Assembly (NCBI GenBank): GCA_937922805.1
Contig: CALAJV010000001.1
Span: 98,560 to 162,559 of the forward strand
Source: an uncultured Acidimicrobiales bacterium
Lineage (GTDB): Bacteria; Actinomycetota; Acidimicrobiia; Acidimicrobiales; SZUA-35
Length of the DNA stretch: 64,000 nucleotides
Direction of reading: 5' to 3'
Every line of letters starts with the position of its first letter. The first letter of the stretch is position 1. Positions 1 through 9,060 of this stretch are shown here, in pieces. The notes beneath the pieces are model-generated. The model had not been told where the DNA came from, did not search any database, and saw only the letters and a program-made list of their open reading frames with translations. Both the position numbers and the translations under genes were made by a program.

Positions 1-92
1 GACGACGGCTGCACCGCCGACTCTTCGAAAGGTTCGATGATAATCCGGCCGTTGGCTACTTCTTTTTTAATCGTTCGGTCTGACAGAATCAC
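1..92 (-). CDS. dcd: dCTP deaminase, N-terminal fragment (gene runs off the left edge)
   Basis: Manual minus-strand translation from GTG (complement of 90-92) gives VILSDRTIKKEVANGRIIIEPFEESAVQPS. This matches the conserved N-terminus of dCTP deaminases (xxLSDRxI...G.I.I.PF....VQPSS). It is absent from the ORF track because it is truncated. Confidence 0.5.
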   Translation of the reverse strand, partial: MILSDRTIKKEVANGRIIIEPFEESAVQPS

Positions 93-207
93 CTTTGAAA
101 CACTAGCGCACTCAGCTGCGAACCGGCCAGGATCAAAGCCTAAAGGCGCACTATCGGAGTTCAACGTTTACAAGACCTGCGAACCGGCTCAGCCAGCGCC
201 CGTCAAA

Positions 208-933
208 TTAGTAATCGTCGTACACGCCGCTGAGCGCATCTGTCATAGTGAAGCTAGCAGCGGCCAGATCTGTCGACACATAGTCAACGGTGAGAGTACC
301 AGCTACCCAAACGGCGCCCCACGTTTCGTCCATCGTAAGCCCATTGGCCTTATCTACGTTGACCAGGATCGTCTGGTAGGCGGGCGGTGCCGGAACGTGG
401 ATGCATGCCCCGAAGTAGGGAACGAGAAGAAACTCAGTGACAATATCTTCATCGCTGTTCAGTGGGGCAACGAATCCAGCCAGTTTCACTTTCGTCCCGT
501 CAAATTCACTGTTCATAGCGTCGCTGTTAGCTTCGTATTCGGCCTGCATCTCAGCGTAGATTGTTTCGGCTTCGGCGGAACCATCCTCGAGTGCAGCAAG
601 CCGATCCTGATAACGGGCAGTGATCTCATCGCTGGAATTATCGGCCGGTCGGAGATCTTCCCATGAGATCTCCTCGTAACCCTCGGTAGGACCGTTCGAT
701 GATTCGCTCTCGGTCTCCGATTTAGTAGTTGCTTCGGCCCACTCGTCAAGCGAAGCCCCGTACTCAACACCGTTTTGGTCACCGACTCCACTCAAAACTG
801 ACGCCGACTCCGCCGCCGTCTGGCGGTCCGGAGAACCACATGCTGACAGCGTCACCGAAACTATGGCTAGAACTGCGAGAATTCGGGCCCATCGTGGGGA
901 TCGAATCTGAGATCGGTCCGATTTGTTCTGCAT
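208..933 (-). CDS. DUF3299-like lipoprotein, last gene of the ABC operon (ZrgD-like)
   Basis: Lipoprotein signal (LAIVSVTLSAC-GS). The C-terminal motif LLVPYFGACIHVPAPP is typical of DUF3299 as I recall it. A 4-nt gap separates it from the upstream permease gene. Confidence 0.6.
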   Translation of the reverse strand: MQNKSDRSQIRSPRWARILAVLAIVSVTLSACGSPDRQTAAESASVLSGVGDQNGVEYGASLDEWAEATTKSETESESSNGPTEGYEEISWEDLRPADNSSDEITARYQDRLAALEDGSAEAETIYAEMQAEYEANSDAMNSEFDGTKVKLAGFVAPLNSDEDIVTEFLLVPYFGACIHVPAPPAYQTILVNVDKANGLTMDETWGAVWVAGTLTVDYVSTDLAAASFTMTDALSGVYDDY

Positions 934-937
934 GGAT

Positions 938-2194
938 CTATACCTTTACGTTAAGTCCGTCTTGTATCGATCGGCGGTAAGCGGCGAAACCTGGAATAAG
1001 CCCGACGCCTACTGCTCCAACAATAACTCCGGCCAGAATAAGATACTGGGTCGGATCGAGCCAGGACACAGCCAGATCGACACCAAACCGGCGAGCAACG
1101 ATCGGTCGTCCAACCACTAAAAGACCGTAGAGCATCCCGACGCCGAAGACGCAACCAGCCACCACGACGAGCAAAGTCTCCAGCACGATCAGCTGCACCA
1201 CATGGTGAGCCCGAGCACCGACGGCTCGAAGGACCGCAATTTCACGCCGACGTTCGTTCAAGGTGGAGAGGATCGTCGTCAACATGCCGAGGAGCCCGGC
1301 CGCGAGCACAAATCCGGATACGACGAAGAGCACCTGTTCGATAGCCGATATAGTCCGCCAGAATTCGGCCAGCGTAGACCCGGGGATGATAGCCGACAGC
1401 GGCTCGTCTTCGAATTCGTTGATTTGGCGTTGCATTCGAAACGTCTCGGCTCGACTATCCAAACCGACCATGAAGGCGGTGATCGACGTTGGGGTAAGGT
1501 CGAACTTTAAGACCTGTTCGGCGTTAAGCGTGACCGCCGAGCGGCTGCCGTCTTGCCAGTCGACGTGAATAGCTTCAATACCAGCCAGGCTGACGTGCAC
1601 AGTCCGATCAACCGGGGTGCCGGTCTTGTTGATGATCCCAACCACGGTGAAAGGTTTGTCGTCGTGGTCTGCGAAGTCGGCCGAGACGAGACCGTGTGAC
1701 AAGGTGATTTCGTCGCCAACTTCATAGTCGAGGGATCTGGCCACATCAGCCCCGAGCACCGCATCGTACACGTTCTCAAATTGTTGACCCCTTTCGATGG
1801 TCAACGACTTTTCATCGGCGTAACGATAGTGCTCAAAGTAATCCCCAGTAGTACCCATCACTCGAAAGCCGCGATGGGAATCACCAAGAGAAATCGGAAT
1901 GGTCCATGCCACCTCTTCCGAGGCGGCGATCTGCTCGTATGTTTCCCAGCTGACGTTGTTGGTGGCGTTGCCGATACGAAAGACGCTATACAGAAGCAGA
2001 TTTGTCGGACCGCTTCGAGCTCCGACGATGAGATCAGTTTGGGAGATCGTATTGAGGAAACTGGTTCGGGTTTCCTTGCGGATCTTGTCGACCCCAAGCA
2101 GCAGCGTCACACTGATAGCGATGGAAAAAACCGTCAGGGCGAGGCTGGTCTTGCGAAATCGGGCGCTTTTGAGAGCGATGCGCAGCAGAGTCAC
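938..2194 (-). CDS. ABC transporter permease, FtsX/MacB-like
   Basis: 418 aa with an N-terminal TM helix, a large extracytoplasmic domain and a C-terminal cluster of three TM helices (FtsX topology). It overlaps the ATPase gene by 4 nt. Confidence 0.8.
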   Translation of the reverse strand: MTLLRIALKSARFRKTSLALTVFSIAISVTLLLGVDKIRKETRTSFLNTISQTDLIVGARSGPTNLLLYSVFRIGNATNNVSWETYEQIAASEEVAWTIPISLGDSHRGFRVMGTTGDYFEHYRYADEKSLTIERGQQFENVYDAVLGADVARSLDYEVGDEITLSHGLVSADFADHDDKPFTVVGIINKTGTPVDRTVHVSLAGIEAIHVDWQDGSRSAVTLNAEQVLKFDLTPTSITAFMVGLDSRAETFRMQRQINEFEDEPLSAIIPGSTLAEFWRTISAIEQVLFVVSGFVLAAGLLGMLTTILSTLNERRREIAVLRAVGARAHHVVQLIVLETLLVVVAGCVFGVGMLYGLLVVGRPIVARRFGVDLAVSWLDPTQYLILAGVIVGAVGVGLIPGFAAYRRSIQDGLNVKV

Positions 2195-2904
2195 CGTTCG
2201 CCCCCTGGTATTGGCTGGCTCGGGTCGAGCTCAATGGAATGGGGGAAGCGGTTCGCCAACTGTTGATCGTGGCTGACGAATATCAGGGTGCAGCTATGGG
2301 CTTCGGCCTCGTGAAACAACAGATCGAGGAAGCGGTCACGGTTGTCGGCATCGAGCGCCGAGGTTGGCTCGTCAGCGAGAAGGATCTCCGGGCTGCCGAT
2401 CAATGCTCTGGCAACGGCGGCCCGCTGCTGCTGACCAACGCTCAACTCCACTACCGGCGACGAGTGCAGGTTGTCGCTGAGATTCAGCGCTCTCAGCAGG
2501 CTCCGGGCTGCGGACTCGGCACCACCGCTAGCAGCGGCTCGCTCGGCTTTCCTAGGGGAGAAGGCACACGACAAGGTTACGTTCTCCAAGGCCGTCAAAT
2601 AAGGAAGGAGGTTGAACTGTTGGAAAACGACGCCCATATGGTCGGCTCGGAACCGATCACGTCCACTTGACGAAAGCGACCCGAGATCGGTGCCCAACAG
2701 GCGGATCTCTCCACTCGTCGGGGTATTGATACCAGTTAGCAGGCTCAACAACGTGGTCTTACCGCTCCCGCTCGCCCCTCGGACGAACAAGTGCTCTCCA
2801 GCGTTGAGTGTCAGCTCGTCGATGGCGACGATGTCCGATGCCTGGCCTGGCCACCGAAACCTCACCCCATCGAGGGTGACGACGGAGCGATCGTTACTTG
2901 TCAC
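2191..2904 (-). CDS. ABC transporter ATP-binding protein
   Basis: Walker A GASGSGKTT, signature LSVGQQQR, Walker B LLADEPTSALD, H-loop VSHD. Confidence 0.9.
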   Translation of the reverse strand: MTSNDRSVVTLDGVRFRWPGQASDIVAIDELTLNAGEHLFVRGASGSGKTTLLSLLTGINTPTSGEIRLLGTDLGSLSSSGRDRFRADHMGVVFQQFNLLPYLTALENVTLSCAFSPRKAERAAASGGAESAARSLLRALNLSDNLHSSPVVELSVGQQQRAAVARALIGSPEILLADEPTSALDADNRDRFLDLLFHEAEAHSCTLIFVSHDQQLANRFPHSIELDPSQPIPGGER

Positions 2905-3681
2905 CTAACCGAGTTCAAGCACAGTCGATGATGGCGACAACTCAGCTGCGGACTGCCCGGAGGGAGAAGCCCATTGGGCGTCTACGTCTTCGAGATTTGA
3001 AAACTCCTCAAAAAATGCAGCAGTGTCTAACTGCCTGATTTCGTCGAGGTTCTCACATTCGAACCGCCACGAAGCTATCAACTCAGCATGACTCCCCTCG
3101 AACTCGACATCGGTGTCAACTCCACCGTCAAGATCACAGCCCGCCTCTTTGTTTATGACGAAGACGTCGGGCTTGGAGAGTGCCTTCGTGCGGTCGGCGA
3201 CCAAGGCCTTTTCGTCATCGGTCGAGGGCTCGTACTCGAACCCAAAAATGTTGTACGTGGGGCTAACAAGGTCAACGATCAACTCTCCCTCACCCCAGGC
3301 AACCGAAAGTTCTGCCACCCCGTGTTCGTGGGCCCCCAGACTGCCGCCTGACCCATCCGCATCATGATCATCGTCGTCACCATGGTCATCGTCATCACCA
3401 TGGTCGTCGTCATCACCATGGTCGTCGTAATCATGGTCGTCGTCATCATCGCCATGGTCGTCGTCGTGACCATCGTCGTCGTCATCACCATGGTCGTCAT
3501 CGTGATCGTCGTCCTGATCATCAGGTGCAGCGCTGCTAACGCTTGTGGTCACCTTCTCGGTTCCGCCATCGTCGTCCGCTCCCGGTCCGGTAACGGAATC
3601 GTCAGCGCCGCAGGCTGTTAGAACGAATGCAAGTACACCTACCGATATGCCCCATAGCAATGCTCCGGCATTATCTACCAT
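2905..3681 (-). CDS. His/Asp-rich metal-binding lipoprotein, DUF2796/ZrgA-like
   Basis: Lipobox LTAC-G. A tract of about 55 residues contains almost only D, H and G (HDDDHGDDDDD repeats). It is followed by HEHGVAEL...SPTYNIFGFEYEP, which resembles the DUF2796 core. Its stop codon abuts the ATPase start codon. Confidence 0.6.
   Translation of the reverse strand: MVDNAGALLWGISVGVLAFVLTACGADDSVTGPGADDDGGTEKVTTSVSSAAPDDQDDDHDDDHGDDDDDGHDDDHGDDDDDHDYDDHGDDDDHGDDDDHGDDDDHDADGSGGSLGAHEHGVAELSVAWGEGELIVDLVSPTYNIFGFEYEPSTDDEKALVADRTKALSKPDVFVINKEAGCDLDGGVDTDVEFEGSHAELIASWRFECENLDEIRQLDTAAFFEEFSNLEDVDAQWASPSGQSAAELSPSSTVLELG
3358..3522 (-). repeat. Imperfect tandem coding repeat (GAC/GAT/CAT/CAC/GGT-rich) encoding the His/Asp tract
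   Basis: Reiterated caccatggtcgtcgtcatc-like units visible on the + strand. Both strands stay open through the tract, giving the spurious ORFs 3279-3521 and 3364-3621. Confidence 0.8.
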
Positions 3682-3696
3682 TGTCCGACCAAATCA

Positions 3697-3719
3697 GTAA
3701 TGAGAATCATAATCACTAT
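3697..3719. promoter_or_regulatory. Zur-box-like palindrome upstream of the ABC operon
   Basis: The core TGAGAATCATAATCA (3701-3715) is an AT-rich imperfect palindrome (TGAGAAT-C-ATAATCA). It lies 20 nt upstream of the start of the His/Asp-rich lipoprotein gene and resembles actinobacterial Zur operators (TGAnAATnATTnTCA type). Confidence 0.4.
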
Positions 3720-3827
3720 GAGACTAGCCGCTACTAAGCCATATTTTGTTGATCCAACTGGGGGTTCCGCTTGTTAGCCCCGAAAAAGCCCTGGCAAATA
3801 TCAACCAGACGAGCGCCTTTCGCGTTG

Positions 3828-5432
3828 CTAGAGGTCAACGATTGTTGCCTTGTTGACCGCTTCGAGCCCTTCCAGGGCGGCAACTATTTCCGGGTCAGGA
3901 CGAACATCAAGGTTGATGAACGACAACGCTTCAGTTCGATTCTCGTTTCGACCCAAACGCCACTCGGCAATGTTTATGCCAAAATCGCCGAGAACAGTAC
4001 CGACAGTTCCGATTACACCCGGAACATCGTCGTTCATCATTAGAAGAACGGTTCCGGTTGGGTCAGCTTCAAACCGATAGCTTGACACTTGAACGATTCT
4101 CGGCTGATCATCAGAGAACACCGACCCCGAGATGGTTCGCTCCCCACCGTCCCAGCTCACCCGACAAGTAATCTGGTTCTGATAGTCAGCTTGGCCTAAT
4201 CCCACCGATCGAGAAACCTTAATCCCGCGCTCATTAGCGATCACCGGCGCGTTGACGAAGTTGATTGTTCCAGCCATCGTTGTTTCTACGACCCCTTTCA
4301 ACAGACCGGAGGCAACTGGCCGCATTAGCTCTTCAGCGTCAGAGGCGTAGAGCTCGAGTTCGACCGTGTGGATCGGACCATCCGCCATCGCAAACTGCAT
4401 CCGGCCGATTTTGGAGGCCAAGTTGATGAATGAACTAACCCGAGCAAAGTCCAGCCCTGGGGGAAAGGCTAGATTTACGCTGTTAGTAATTCGAGTTCCA
4501 CGAAGCGCATCCAACACCTGATCAGCAATCTCGATAGCGACACTTCGTTGAGCTTCAGCTGTTGAGGCTCCAAGGTGCGGCGTGTGAATCACCTTCGGGT
4601 TCCCAACCAAAGGGTGGTTAGCCTCTGGTGGCTCTTCAACGAAAACATCAATCGCGGCGGTACGAAGTGTGCCCGCCTCCAGCGCGGCTGCTACCGCATC
4701 GACATCAACCAGCCCGCCGCGAGCCACGTTAATTAGGGTTGCTCCCGGCTTCATGGTTGCCAACCGCTCGCTATTTATCAGGTTCTCGGTGTCAGCCGAA
4801 AGCGCGGTATGCAAAGTTACGAAGTCGGATGCAGCGAGAACCTCATCAAGGTCAGCCAGCTCTATATTTGCTTCCAAGCCAACTCGCTCGGCCACGTACG
4901 GGTCATAGGCCATAATCGACATCCCAAACGCCTGAGCTCGAACAGCTACCGCTCGGCCAACCCGCCCGAAGCCGATTACACCGAGCACTTTGCCGCTGAG
5001 TTCAATGCCGGTATACAGCGATCGATCCCACCTACCCTCTGCCATCGAGTTGTGAGCTGGAACGACATTACGAGCCGACGCCAATAGTAAGGTCATTGTC
5101 TGTTCGGCGGTAGCGATCGTGTTCCCCTCGGGGGTGTTCATCACGATGACACCCTTGCGGGTCGCGAGATCTACATCAACGTTGTCGGTGCCAACCCCGG
5201 CCCGGCCGACAACCCGCAGCTTAGAACCGGCTTCGAGCACCTTGGACGTAACTTGTGTGCCCGAGCGAATAACGAGAGCGTCATAGTCACCGATAATGGC
5301 TTCAAGTTCGTCTTCGGACAGTCCGGTATTGATATCGACAACGGCGTCCGGTGCCGCTTCCAGAACATCAAGGCCGTCTTGACCCAATTTGTCTGAAACT
5401 AGGATCTTGTAATTTGGTGTCGACATAGTCAT
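3828..5432 (-). CDS. serA: D-3-phosphoglycerate dehydrogenase (long form with C-terminal regulatory domains)
   Basis: 534 aa. It has the NAD-binding motif GVIGFGRVGRAVA, catalytic-domain motifs of D-2-hydroxyacid dehydrogenases (NVARGGLVD, HTPHLGAST), and a C-terminal ACT-like region. Confidence 0.9.
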   Translation of the reverse strand: MTMSTPNYKILVSDKLGQDGLDVLEAAPDAVVDINTGLSEDELEAIIGDYDALVIRSGTQVTSKVLEAGSKLRVVGRAGVGTDNVDVDLATRKGVIVMNTPEGNTIATAEQTMTLLLASARNVVPAHNSMAEGRWDRSLYTGIELSGKVLGVIGFGRVGRAVAVRAQAFGMSIMAYDPYVAERVGLEANIELADLDEVLAASDFVTLHTALSADTENLINSERLATMKPGATLINVARGGLVDVDAVAAALEAGTLRTAAIDVFVEEPPEANHPLVGNPKVIHTPHLGASTAEAQRSVAIEIADQVLDALRGTRITNSVNLAFPPGLDFARVSSFINLASKIGRMQFAMADGPIHTVELELYASDAEELMRPVASGLLKGVVETTMAGTINFVNAPVIANERGIKVSRSVGLGQADYQNQITCRVSWDGGERTISGSVFSDDQPRIVQVSSYRFEADPTGTVLLMMNDDVPGVIGTVGTVLGDFGINIAEWRLGRNENRTEALSFINLDVRPDPEIVAALEGLEAVNKATIVDL

Positions 5433-5541
5433 TTATCCTCAGTGTTATCTGGTAGGGCGTTCGGGGACGGACACATACCCGCTCCGATTTTGCTCGAGCC
5501 CTTTGCCGGGCTCAAGCTCGTTCTATTCTTCAACTATTGGT

Positions 5542-6375
5542 CTAGAAACGATCCGCAAGCGCAGAATCGTTGAAGACCAGGTGGCCTTGCTCGATTAGGT
5601 CAAGACAAGTTCGGGCCAAATCACGAAACGATTCATGTGAACTGATCCGGTCGGAGCCATCGGCAATCTCCACCATTCTGGCCCGCCCCAGTGCGAGCGC
5701 TAGGACCGGCGCTAACGACCGAGAAGTGACGACAACTTGAGCGTTGTCAACCACGGCATCTCGGGCCACGACCCCGGCAAAGGCAACAAATAGATCTACC
5801 GCTCCAGCAGCGGCCAGGTCGCTAACTCCATCACCGATTAGCAACTTGCGAGCTGAGCTATGTACCACTTCGGCGATCAAGTCATGCTTGCCGGTGCTAT
5901 TAGTAAGATGACCTCCGCTGTACGACGCATACCTTCCTTCGCTTTCAGCGGCCGACCACCATTCGCCATCCAGCGGGTCGTATTGCGTCGGCACCGCGTG
6001 GACTCTATTCGGGTCGACACCCAACCAGGCTGCGAATTCCGACACTGGCTCAAGCAGCCCGCCGCTAACAATCCAATTTTGATTACCTTCAGCCTTCAAC
6101 AAGGCAAGAACGTTCTTTGCGTCCGGGACAACCTCGGATTTGTATCGGAGTTTTAATCCTTGGATCTCCGCTTTGGTCGGATTGAGGAGCGCTAATCGCT
6201 CTCCGTAGACATCTTCTAGCGGGACTTGCCCATCCATGGCCTTATCGGTGAGCGCCGCAACAGAAGACTGCTGTTGGGGGTCGACAGCCAGTTCATCTAT
6301 TCCTTCAACTGCCGACAACGTCGAATCGCAGTCGAACAGAGTTATGGGGAATCGTCTCCACCGAGCGGTAGTCAC
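5542..6375 (-). CDS. HAD-IB hydrolase, phosphoserine phosphatase-like
   Basis: HAD motif I FDCDSTL, motif II SGG, motif IV GDGVSD. It lies immediately upstream of serA on the same strand. Confidence 0.6.
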   Translation of the reverse strand: MTTARWRRFPITLFDCDSTLSAVEGIDELAVDPQQQSSVAALTDKAMDGQVPLEDVYGERLALLNPTKAEIQGLKLRYKSEVVPDAKNVLALLKAEGNQNWIVSGGLLEPVSEFAAWLGVDPNRVHAVPTQYDPLDGEWWSAAESEGRYASYSGGHLTNSTGKHDLIAEVVHSSARKLLIGDGVSDLAAAGAVDLFVAFAGVVARDAVVDNAQVVVTSRSLAPVLALALGRARMVEIADGSDRISSHESFRDLARTCLDLIEQGHLVFNDSALADRF

Positions 6376-6472
6376 CGCTCATTAACGATACGTGCTTTCG
6401 GGCGCTACCGCATCGAGTTAACGCTGACTTAACCTAGATGTGCTCCCTTTCACACCTGCGGGAGCAAAACTG

Positions 6473-7288
6473 TTACATCAAGTTGATCCGCAATCCGCCA
6501 ATAGTCACTTGATGATCGTTCAGGTAGCACCCTCGAGACCGAGCGGCCGAAAGTACAGCGTCTCGATCGACGGTCGTGACGTCGATAGCGCCCAAACCCT
6601 CGCCCCTACCGTCTACTGCTGGCACAAACCGAATGATGGCGTTTTCAAACTCGATAGAAAAGCGACCAGATCCATCATCTTGCACCGGCAGTTCGGTCAT
6701 CGCTCCCCAACGGTCAGCCAGCCGGTTAGGCTCTGGCGTTTGTAGTTCGGCAGCGACAATGGCTGAGACCTGATCGGTCCGCACATAGGGTTTCCAGTTC
6801 TTCCCCGCCGGATACCACGGTCCACCGACTGCGTTCTCGCCATGACCGTCCGAGCCTTCCGGACCATCTCCGATGATCATTTGATCCATTTCGAGCAGCG
6901 CGCCTCCGGTATCGGCGGGGTGGAGTTGAACTCCATCGTGGCGAAATCCACTGCTGGCATCAAGATCGGTCAAATTGAACGCGATCCGTATTCCGAGCTC
7001 GTCGGCTCTTTCGCGGCGCCGAGCAATGTCGTCGACCTCGGTGATGACCATGTATCCGGTGTCGCCGTTGCGACGCTGACGGTAGCGATCGCCAGCCGTA
7101 CCCGGTTCTATTGGGGTAACTACTTCGAGAAACTGGGATCCGATAGGCCACAACAGATTCTTTAAGCCAAAGATTTTTACTCCTGGATCGGTGAAGCACG
7201 GTTCGAGCCCTAGAACTAGGCCGATGTCCAGCGACGTGGTTAGTAGGTCTTCGCAAACGAGAGCAATTTGTCTGAGCCGTATCCACAT
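6473..7288 (-). CDS. VOC/glyoxalase-like domain protein
   Basis: The N-terminus has a beta-alpha-beta-beta-beta type pattern (IRLRQIALVCEDL...FLEVVTP), as in glyoxalase-like domain proteins. No specific function can be assigned. Confidence 0.5.
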   Translation of the reverse strand: MWIRLRQIALVCEDLLTTSLDIGLVLGLEPCFTDPGVKIFGLKNLLWPIGSQFLEVVTPIEPGTAGDRYRQRRNGDTGYMVITEVDDIARRRERADELGIRIAFNLTDLDASSGFRHDGVQLHPADTGGALLEMDQMIIGDGPEGSDGHGENAVGGPWYPAGKNWKPYVRTDQVSAIVAAELQTPEPNRLADRWGAMTELPVQDDGSGRFSIEFENAIIRFVPAVDGRGEGLGAIDVTTVDRDAVLSAARSRGCYLNDHQVTIGGLRINLM

Positions 7289-7367
7289 AGCTCGATCTTA
7301 GGTCCCGCCAGGCAGACAGTGCTATTTGAATTGAGAGGGCACCAAGCACGCAGGGGCGGACCGATGG

Positions 7368-8864
7368 TTACCGTTCAAACTCCGGGATGCATAGCTCAGC
7401 GACAGCCCAAATAACGTTCTCACCTTGTTTGTGGGTGTAGAGGAGCCCAGTCCAGTCGACCCGATCAGCTTCGAAGAAAACTGTCCATCCCTGTGCCCCT
7501 TTATCGGGGGCGAAAGATTGACCGAATGGTTCGTTCGAAAGAACCGACGCCCAACCAACCCGAGCCGAGCCGAGGGTGTCTCCTGTTCTGAGCCCTACCG
7601 GTGAATACGATTGATCCGACGCAACCAATTTGATGAACGAAGGCGGTTGGTAGGCCATAGCGGCGCCAGCGTCACCTCGAGGATCGAACAACATGACAGC
7701 CTGCTTGCCCGAATCAGTGACCCAATGTTCACACCGATTAGGAGTGGTGGCTTCGGTTGCTCCCGGGACGTAGAAGTCGACAACCGGGCGGCCGCTGTCC
7801 ACTGCCTTGGTACTGAGCGAAATGGGCTTTGGCTGGACTGTCGTGGTGGCAGAATCAGCGCTCGTGGGCGGCCCGGGTTTGGCCAATTCGCTACTGCCGT
7901 CTTGGCTTATAGTGGTGCTCGATCGAATTGCTGATGCCGCGGGCTTCACTTTATTGCTTGGTGTGCTGGTCGGCGGTGCTGCAGATCCAACCGTTACGGT
8001 GGACAGCGTCGGCTCAGATGGGTCAACTGAAGTCGACGTTGGTTTGGTTTCGGGGGCGAACACCGACGGAGTTGAGGTTGATGATCGACCAATCCCCGCC
8101 TCAGCACTAGTGACAGCGTCGGCGACTCCGGTAGGAATTGCATCAGGGCCGGGGTTTGTCGAACCGACGGGTTGTTCACGCTCACCGATCGTCACTCCCG
8201 ATGTGGCGGTTGTTGATGTCGGGGTCGTTGTAGTCGACACATTGTCGGCAGGGTTGGTTTCGACCACATGAACACCGTTCGAGAACACCTGCCAAATTGC
8301 GATAGCAATCACACCCATCACAATCAACGCAACGGCGGTCGCCCGACGCAGGCGGCGAACAGCTCGATGTTGCAATTGTTCAACCGAGCCTTGACTCCGA
8401 CCTAGTTGATTGGCCGACTCCTGAATAGTCTGGTCACGAAAGAAGCGACTCTCGATTACTTCCCGTTGAGCCGGTGGCAGATCTTCAACCATCTCTTCCA
8501 GCCACAGCCGGTCGACAGTTTCATTAGTTGAGTCAGACGATACGCGACCATCGTCGGCGATATCTGCTGGAATGGGTGTCGACCGCCGAAACTCGCCGAT
8601 TGTATGATTAGCGGCAGCTCGATATAGGTAGCTTCGAAACGCAGGCTCGTTCCTTATCGGCGTTCGGTTGAACGCTCGGTAAGCATCGAAAAGAGCCAAG
8701 TGGGCGACGCCCTCTGGATCAGTCGCTCCTTTGGCTTTTGAGAACCGACGCAGCGGCTCCTTGTACCGATTGAACAAATACGAAAAGTCGTCGTCGTCCA
8801 GGTTGTCCGCGGTGCGCAACAGATCTTCGACTGTTTCCCCGGTCAGTTGATCTGCAATTTTCAT
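7368..8864 (-). CDS. ECF-type sigma-70 factor fused to a TM helix, a Ser/Thr/Pro-rich linker and an extracytoplasmic C-terminal domain
   Basis: Sigma region 2-like (HLALFDAYRAFNR...FRSYLYRAAANHTIGEFRR). Region 4 helix-turn-helix (LPPAQREVIESRFFRDQTIQESANQLGRSQGSVEQLQHRAVRRLRR). Then a TM helix AVALIVMGVIAIAIWQVF, about 190 aa of low-complexity STP-rich sequence, and about 130 aa of globular sequence. Confidence 0.75.
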   Translation of the reverse strand: MKIADQLTGETVEDLLRTADNLDDDDFSYLFNRYKEPLRRFSKAKGATDPEGVAHLALFDAYRAFNRTPIRNEPAFRSYLYRAAANHTIGEFRRSTPIPADIADDGRVSSDSTNETVDRLWLEEMVEDLPPAQREVIESRFFRDQTIQESANQLGRSQGSVEQLQHRAVRRLRRATAVALIVMGVIAIAIWQVFSNGVHVVETNPADNVSTTTTPTSTTATSGVTIGEREQPVGSTNPGPDAIPTGVADAVTSAEAGIGRSSTSTPSVFAPETKPTSTSVDPSEPTLSTVTVGSAAPPTSTPSNKVKPAASAIRSSTTISQDGSSELAKPGPPTSADSATTTVQPKPISLSTKAVDSGRPVVDFYVPGATEATTPNRCEHWVTDSGKQAVMLFDPRGDAGAAMAYQPPSFIKLVASDQSYSPVGLRTGDTLGSARVGWASVLSNEPFGQSFAPDKGAQGWTVFFEADRVDWTGLLYTHKQGENVIWAVAELCIPEFER

Positions 8865-8888
8865 CTATCCCCACCTCCCGCCCTATCG

Positions 8889-8917
8889 ATAATGGAGACC
8901 TCAAACCCACCCGTCAA
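8889..8917 (-). promoter_or_regulatory. Candidate sigma-70-type promoter of the sigma-factor gene
   Basis: The minus strand reads TTGACG-17 nt-CATTAT, followed by the GGGAGGTGGGG Shine-Dalgarno and the ATG at 8864. Confidence 0.3.
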
Positions 8918-9060
8918 GGCCCCGACGAAACTTTCTTGCAATCGCCCGTAAGAAATAGCGCCCCGATCGCGCTTTAACCTTCACAAGCCCAAGGGGTGAG
9001 CTTTGGCTACCCCAAATTCTGATCAGAGATGCATAGGCCTACGCGTCGGATCGCAGAACA

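Noticed and set aside
37-666. 209-aa plus-strand ORF at the left end
   Set aside because: It is antisense to the DUF3299-like lipoprotein gene and the dcd fragment, both of which have recognisable motifs. Its own translation has no protein-like features.
3279-3621. ORFs 3279-3521 (-) and 3364-3621 (+), rich in M/T/V/I
   Set aside because: These are alternative-frame and antisense readings of the His/Asp repeat DNA. Repetitive codons keep every frame open.
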